Source of the DNA: Sphaerodactylus townsendi
Taxonomy: Eukaryota
Assembly (NCBI RefSeq): GCF_021028975.2
Contig: NC_059427.1
Coordinates: 8,246,001-8,310,000, forward strand
Direction of reading: 5' to 3'
Length of the DNA: 64,000 nt
In this document: positions 58,774 through 64,000 of the stretch, piece after piece
Layout: each line of letters starts with the position of its first letter
How positions within the stretch are numbered: position 1 is the stretch's first letter
The notes under the pieces: model-generated
Told to the model about the DNA's origin: nothing
Databases searched by the model: none
Seen by the model: only the letters and a program-made list of their open reading frames with translations
Position numbers and translations under genes: made by a program

Positions 58774-61452
58774 ATGGAGCACAGACAACGAAAGAAAAAG
58801 GAGAGTGGAGCACAAGCACGGAAGAGACGAAAGTTGGCAGCGGAGGAGGCAAAGAAATCAAGCCAAGTCCTCTTGACTTTCTGTAAGAATCCTCAATCAG
58901 TTTCTTCAAATCAGATCTGAGGAGTCTTGGGATCCCTTCCACCAAGTTTCCCAGTAGCAGAGGTTGGATCTGAGTGCAGCACTTCTCCCAGAAGCGAGGA
59001 GGGATGTGAGGATGGCTACATCAGAGGGTATTGAGATGGAGGAAGATGAAGAGAGATTTTTACCTGGGAGGTGGGAACCTGGTGACACACACCTGAACCT
59101 GAGGTAGGCGGGAGGGTGTCGAAGGAGTGTTTGGCTACGCCATGCAAAAAGTCATCCTAAAACATGATGTGGGGCTTCTGCGTTGATGAGCAAACCCAAA
59201 GAACCTACGGTCTCTGATGCACTTTCGAGAACACTGGGAAATGGTGCAGATGGGATTCAGGTATTTTCAGAATAGCGAGGGGCCTTTCAAACCCATACCA
59301 CCCGAAATCAGTGTGAGATGACCCGAAGATTGGTTCAAGATAGAGATAGGAAATGGTCCAGGAGTAAGTGACTTCAGCTCATGGCTCTCATAATCCTATT
59401 CACCCTCCAAAGGGACAGCATTCTGTTTCTGTTGCCTTCTGTTTTCAAGATCAGACATTCAGACTGCATTGGAGAGGGAATCTGGGTTTGGCCAGTGGAA
59501 AAAATATGGCAGGATTACTGATCATGAAAATGGGAACAATCATCGGGAGTGCTTTACCCAGTGGAAATTAATGGAGAGAAATTTGGCCAAGAGCAGAGGA
59601 ATGATTGACGCTGACCTACAGACAGAGGTTGAGAAGGAGAGGCAGAAGTGGCGTGACATTTTCAGCAGAGTCCTAGACTGTGTAAAAACCCTTGCGATCC
59701 AGAACTTGCCTTATCGAGGCCACAGAGAGTCATTTCAACTGGATTATAAGATCCAATGTGGGAGATTTCCTGGAGTTAGTTAAGTTGCTGACTTCGCCGT
59801 GAGCCTAATGTCAAACGAAACAGCATCACTGGCAATCATCAAAGTGATCTGGCGCGGTTTGCTACGCTTTCCATAGACATCCAAAATGAATTCATCCACC
59901 TCTAAATGGCTTCTTGATTGCATTAGAATATGCTGAGAAAGATTTGATTTCTGCCAAGGAGTACTATGGCATCATGTTTGAAGCTCAACTCCTGATCTAG
60001 CACCACGGTGACCAGATGTCAGAAGTTATTAGGTAATGTGGAGAGTGATGCTGAGAGCAAGAAAAGTCCGTGTTAAGAGAGTCCTTTCTTGGTTTCATCT
60101 GGATCTACAAGAAAGATGCAGAGAGCTTGACTGGGGAAATCTTGAGACAGCTGGAGAAGGACAGAAAACTGGATCACAGAGATTGTCGGTCACAGTGCTA
60201 CGACAATGCTGCTGTGGCATATTTCTGGACTCTCCAAGTGGGGTGTACATCAAAGAATAACTAGAAAAAACCACCTGGCTTTGTCCATAGAATTGTGATA
60301 ATCACTCACTCCAACTTGGTGGGTGTTCATGCAACCTCACAAGAACCAAGATGGGCACATTTTTTGGGCACAGATGCTGTATGCGTTTTTTTTGGAATTC
60401 GAGGATGGCTGGGCAGAACTCAAGGGGCTGTGCCTTTGAGTCTCAAGTCACAGTCTGGGAAACCAGGTGGGCGAGGGCTAAAAGCAATTGAAACCAGTCC
60501 AGAGGTATCTTGGAATAATCAAGCTTCTCCAGAACATGGAAGATGATAGAAGAGACCGATGAATCAAGAAGTGATGAGCGGGAATTGCTGGTCAAGAATA
60601 CTGCTGTTAGAGTTGATTATGGCTTTCCACGACATGTGGAGTTTTAGGACAGGTAGCAGTGCATTGACCTTGTTCAAAAGAAGCTGCAGAATCCCAGCAT
60701 AAACTTTTCCGCGATGCTGCCCAAGATCCTAGAATCTCAAGAGATGTTTGATGCTAACAGAACATTTTGGTCAGTAATTAATTGGTGAACCCGTCTGTGC
60801 CAGAAATTCAATGTGGTGAATGTTGTAGAAGATATGAAAGCAATGCCTGGTGAGACAGCAAGAGAGACTCAGGGGTTAACAGCGAAAAGGAGGAAATGGG
60901 AGGCGAAATTGTGAGGCTGGCACTAGATCAATGCTATTTTTTGAGAGATGAGCGAAAGAGTTCACTCGTTTGCTGCCTCGATACAACTTTGGATTCTCCT
61001 TGATGTAGAAACTGTGTTATGGCACTGACATACAAGACCTACAGGAAGTGTGTGAATTTAGGAAATTTCTACAGCAGTGATGTGGATGGAGCGGCTGTAT
61101 AAAGATAGGCTTTTGGACTACAGAATGCTACTTTGACGGAAGTAGGGATGGGCTGCGGATATCTAGTCCTGAACAGCTGTGATTCATTGTTCGGTTGGAG
61201 ATGGTTCCTACCTTCTTCAATCTTATTGTTGCTACCAAAATACTGCTAACCATTGCGGTTTCCATTTGCTGGCTGTGGCCGAACATTCCAGTAAGTTGAA
61301 ACTGATACTTTCATATCTAGGAAATAAATGGGTCAACCAAAGACTCACCAGTCTTGCTCTGCTGGTATGGAAAGAGACAGAAGGCAGGCTTTTGATGACA
61401 TCATCGACAGATTTGCATCAGCAGAAACTGGGAAGGAGTGCCTCTAATGTAG
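58774..61452 (+). pseudogene. Second hAT transposase copy with many frameshifts as assembled (pseudogene or mis-polished intact paralog)
   Basis: Colinear with 47395-50016 from ATG to ATGTAG; clean patches (58774-58908, 59400-59747) alternate with dense 1-3 bp indels. Confidence 0.75.
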
Positions 61453-62579
61453 TGATGGGGCCTTCATCTGTGCTTTAAGACAAATATTGTCATGGGGTTC
61501 TCCAAAGAAACTCATTCGGTGAGCTGACACCTAATTCTCGCACACAGTTTTGGAGGAAAGGCAGATCCTGCGGTCTCCAGTTTGCTGAGTGTGGAGAGGA
61601 CCGAAGATGGATTCTAGAGTGTAATATCTATATTTTTTGGTAAATGCAAATGTTGTGCCAGAATACAGCAAGATATAATGTTGTTTTTTTATTGAAATGT
61701 CTATTATTCAGAATACTTTTCACAATATAAAAAAGGTCTGTGACTACTATGATCATACCATGGAAGACTTTCCAATTTATCTACCAAGAGAATGTGCACT
61801 TTATTCTAGATGTTACAAAGTTGTTTATTAGACTGTGGCTGTTAAACTGTTTGATAAGCATGACACTTAAAACACTTTAAAGCAGTATAGGTTAGCTTGT
61901 TTAAGTATCAAAATTATTTCTGCTGTGTGGCATGGACCATTGCTATGTTCAGGTTTGTATGTTGGGGTATGTTCTATAATGTGATGATGACTTTGTAGAA
62001 GCGTGGTGCAAAAAAAAAGGATTTAAGTTTGAGTAAATTGGTGGGGAGGGTGTCATCACATATGGGGGGGGTGGGGATGGGGAAGCCGGACAACAGATTT
62101 TTGGGCTGCCTTTCCCTAGATACGCCTCTAAGATGGGAAACAATGCCATCGTTCACCAAAGCAGCCATTTTCTTTAGGAGAACTGGTCTCTGTCAGCTGG
62201 ACAGCAGGGCTAGGGTTGCCAAACACCAGATTGGGGTGGGTGGGTAATGATCTCCTGGAGTTACAACTGATCTCTAGAATACACAAATTGCTTATTTGTC
62301 TAGTATTTATTTAGTTAGTTACTTGATTTCTACCCTACACCTTTACTTGCAAAGCCAACCCAGCACAGGTTCCAACAGTCAATAAATAAAACAAAAACCC
62401 TACACACGTTTAAAACATTATTAACTTCCCTTGGAGGAAGGGGTATACCCTAGTGGTCCTCTAGCTCTAAATCCCACTCCTCTACAGGTTCCATCCCTCC
62501 GTCTCCAAGTGTTTCCCAAATTCTCCTGGGGAGCCCAGGACAGGGCTTGCAGGAAGAGGCTGTTTCTTCCTGAGTCTGT

Positions 62580-63120
62580 GGAAACAAACTGAACATGGGT
62601 CAGCAGTATGATTATATAGCCAGCTTAATTGCGGATTGCATAATAAGAGTACAGTGTCTAAATGGAGGGAAGTAATTGTACCACTCTACTCTGCATTGAT
62701 CAGACCTCCACCTAGGTATTGGCTAGTTCATTTTTTTAATTTAAGAAGGATATTGACAAGCTGGAATGTGTGTCCAGGGAGGACAACAAAATGGTAAAGT
62801 TCTGATTCCTTGAGAGACCCTAAGGAGCTGGGGATGTTTAGTCTGGAGAGTAAAAAAGTGAAGGGATCAAGGTGTAATGTTTGAAGGGATGCCATGTTGG
62901 TGAGGGAGCAAGCTTGTCTTCTGCTGCCTCAGAGACTAGGACACAGGATAATGGATTCAAGGTGCAGGAAAAGAGATTCCATGTAAACATTAGGAAGAAC
63001 TTTCTGACTCTCAGGGCTTTTTGTCAATGGAATTTACTGCCGCAGAGAGTGGTGGAATCTACTTTGGAGGTTTTTTTAACACGGGCTGGATGAACATATG
63101 TTGGGAGTGCTTTGATTATG
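62580..63120 (+). mobile_element. Old CR1 3' fragment
   Basis: ctgaacatgggtcagcagtatga, aaggatattgacaagctggaa and NIRKNFLTLR motifs. Confidence 0.65.
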
Positions 63121-63759
63121 TTGGAAATGTACAGAAAATAATACACATAGAACTTTAACTCAAAATTTTATACTCTGTAAATCAAATTGGTCTCCAAGGT
63201 GCTACTGGATCCAAATCTTGTTCTTCTGTTGCTGACCAGCAGTTACCTACCTGAAGTTAGCATTCTGGTTAGTTGTAACCACCCTGAGTCCTGCCTTTGC
63301 ACGGGGAGTGTGGGATATAAATATATTATTATAACCTGGACAGTTGTGACAGTGGAGCAGTTGGCCTGTTTGGAAACTGGAACATATTGAAATGAAAGAA
63401 GTGTTTGTTTTTATATCCTGCTTTCCTCTGCCTTGGGCTAGGTACTGTTCTCTCAATCCCACCTACCTTGCAAGGTATTTATTGTGGGGAGAGAAAAAGA
63501 AGGTGATTGTGAGATGCTTTGAGCCCAAGGTCACCCAGCAGGCTTTATGTGTAGGAGCAGGGAAACAAATCCACTAGATTAGAGTTTGCTGCTCATGACA
63601 AGGGAGGGGGAAAATCAAGCCCAAGCTCAAACACAATTCTGTAAAATTAGGAACTCCTTATTCATTAAAGGAAGGGGGTGCTAAAATAAAGATTTTCTAC
63701 AAACCAAATTTTAATGGTTAAATTTAAATTCTTAGGTATATGTCTATTTCTTGAACTAG

Positions 63760-63935
63760 ATTTGAGTCCAGTAGCACTTTAAAAACTAACAATATTTTCA
63801 GAGTACAAGCTTTCAAGAGTCAAAGCTCCCTTCATCAGACAAAGTGAGGAGAAACCCTGTTCACAAATGACCTTTGACTCTCAAAAGCTTATATCCTGAA
63901 AATCTTGCTGTTTTCTAAGGTGCTTCTGGACTAAT
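63760..63935. mobile_element. Palindromic Penelope-like remnant with a hammerhead-like core
   Basis: Inverted arms agtccagtagcac...aagctttcaagagtcaaag / ctttgactctcaaaagctt...gtgcttctggact; minus strand CTGATGA...GAAAGCTT. Confidence 0.55.
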
Positions 63936-64000
63936 CTTGGGTCAATTACGCACAAGGCATCTGCTGCGCAATGAGGGCAAATGTGTTGAGAAAACTATTG

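Larger units (their letters stand above)
54071..62130 (+). repeat. Segmental duplication, copy B (with private CR1 and MITE insertions)
   Basis: Colinear with 44554-50670; empty sites for its insertions are visible in copy A. Confidence 0.92.

Noticed and set aside
54071-62130. Copy B as a falsely duplicated haplotype of copy A
   Set aside because: Three private TE insertions, private indels in A, visible intron/promoter divergence and different flanks argue for true paralogy. A read-depth check is still advisable.

Overview
Vertebrate genomic DNA from a squamate reptile, most likely a gecko (inferred from the Squam3/Sauria-type SINE, CR1, Penelope and SPIN-type repeat landscape). It is not prokaryotic and has no CRISPR array. 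The window is part of a SCAN/KRAB C2H2 zinc-finger cluster with all ZNF genes on the minus strand: (1) a 16-finger gene with no recognisable effector exon (9747-11449); (2) a six-exon SCAN-KRAB-ZNF gene (28302->19126, 14 fingers) with one TAG inside its SCAN domain; (3) a gene with an 'extended SCAN' (whole Gypsy-capsid-like domain) and 7 fingers (41291->33405); plus a relic SCAN exon (~3.9 kb) and a 5'-truncated ZNF exon (53.7-54.07 kb). The most notable feature lies head-to-head with gene 3. It is an intact, apparently host-domesticated hAT transposase gene (47395-50016, ZMYM1-like: TTF zinc finger, DDE core, hAT dimerisation domain) with a CpG-island promoter and a spliced 5'UTR. The promoter+transposase unit is tandemly duplicated (44554-50670 vs 54071-62130). 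In a clean 350-bp stretch the two copies are almost identical except for seven consecutive amino-acid-changing codons in the putative DNA-recognition helix of the TTF finger. That pattern looks like KZFP-style diversifying selection on a domesticated transposase. The many frameshifts in copy B look partly like assembly error. The rest is dense TE content: hAT and Harbinger MITEs with TSDs, solo LTRs, CR1/L1/L2 fragments, and Penelope fragments carrying hammerhead-ribozyme motifs. All alignments and counts were done by eye. Repeat family names come from recall and need database confirmation.
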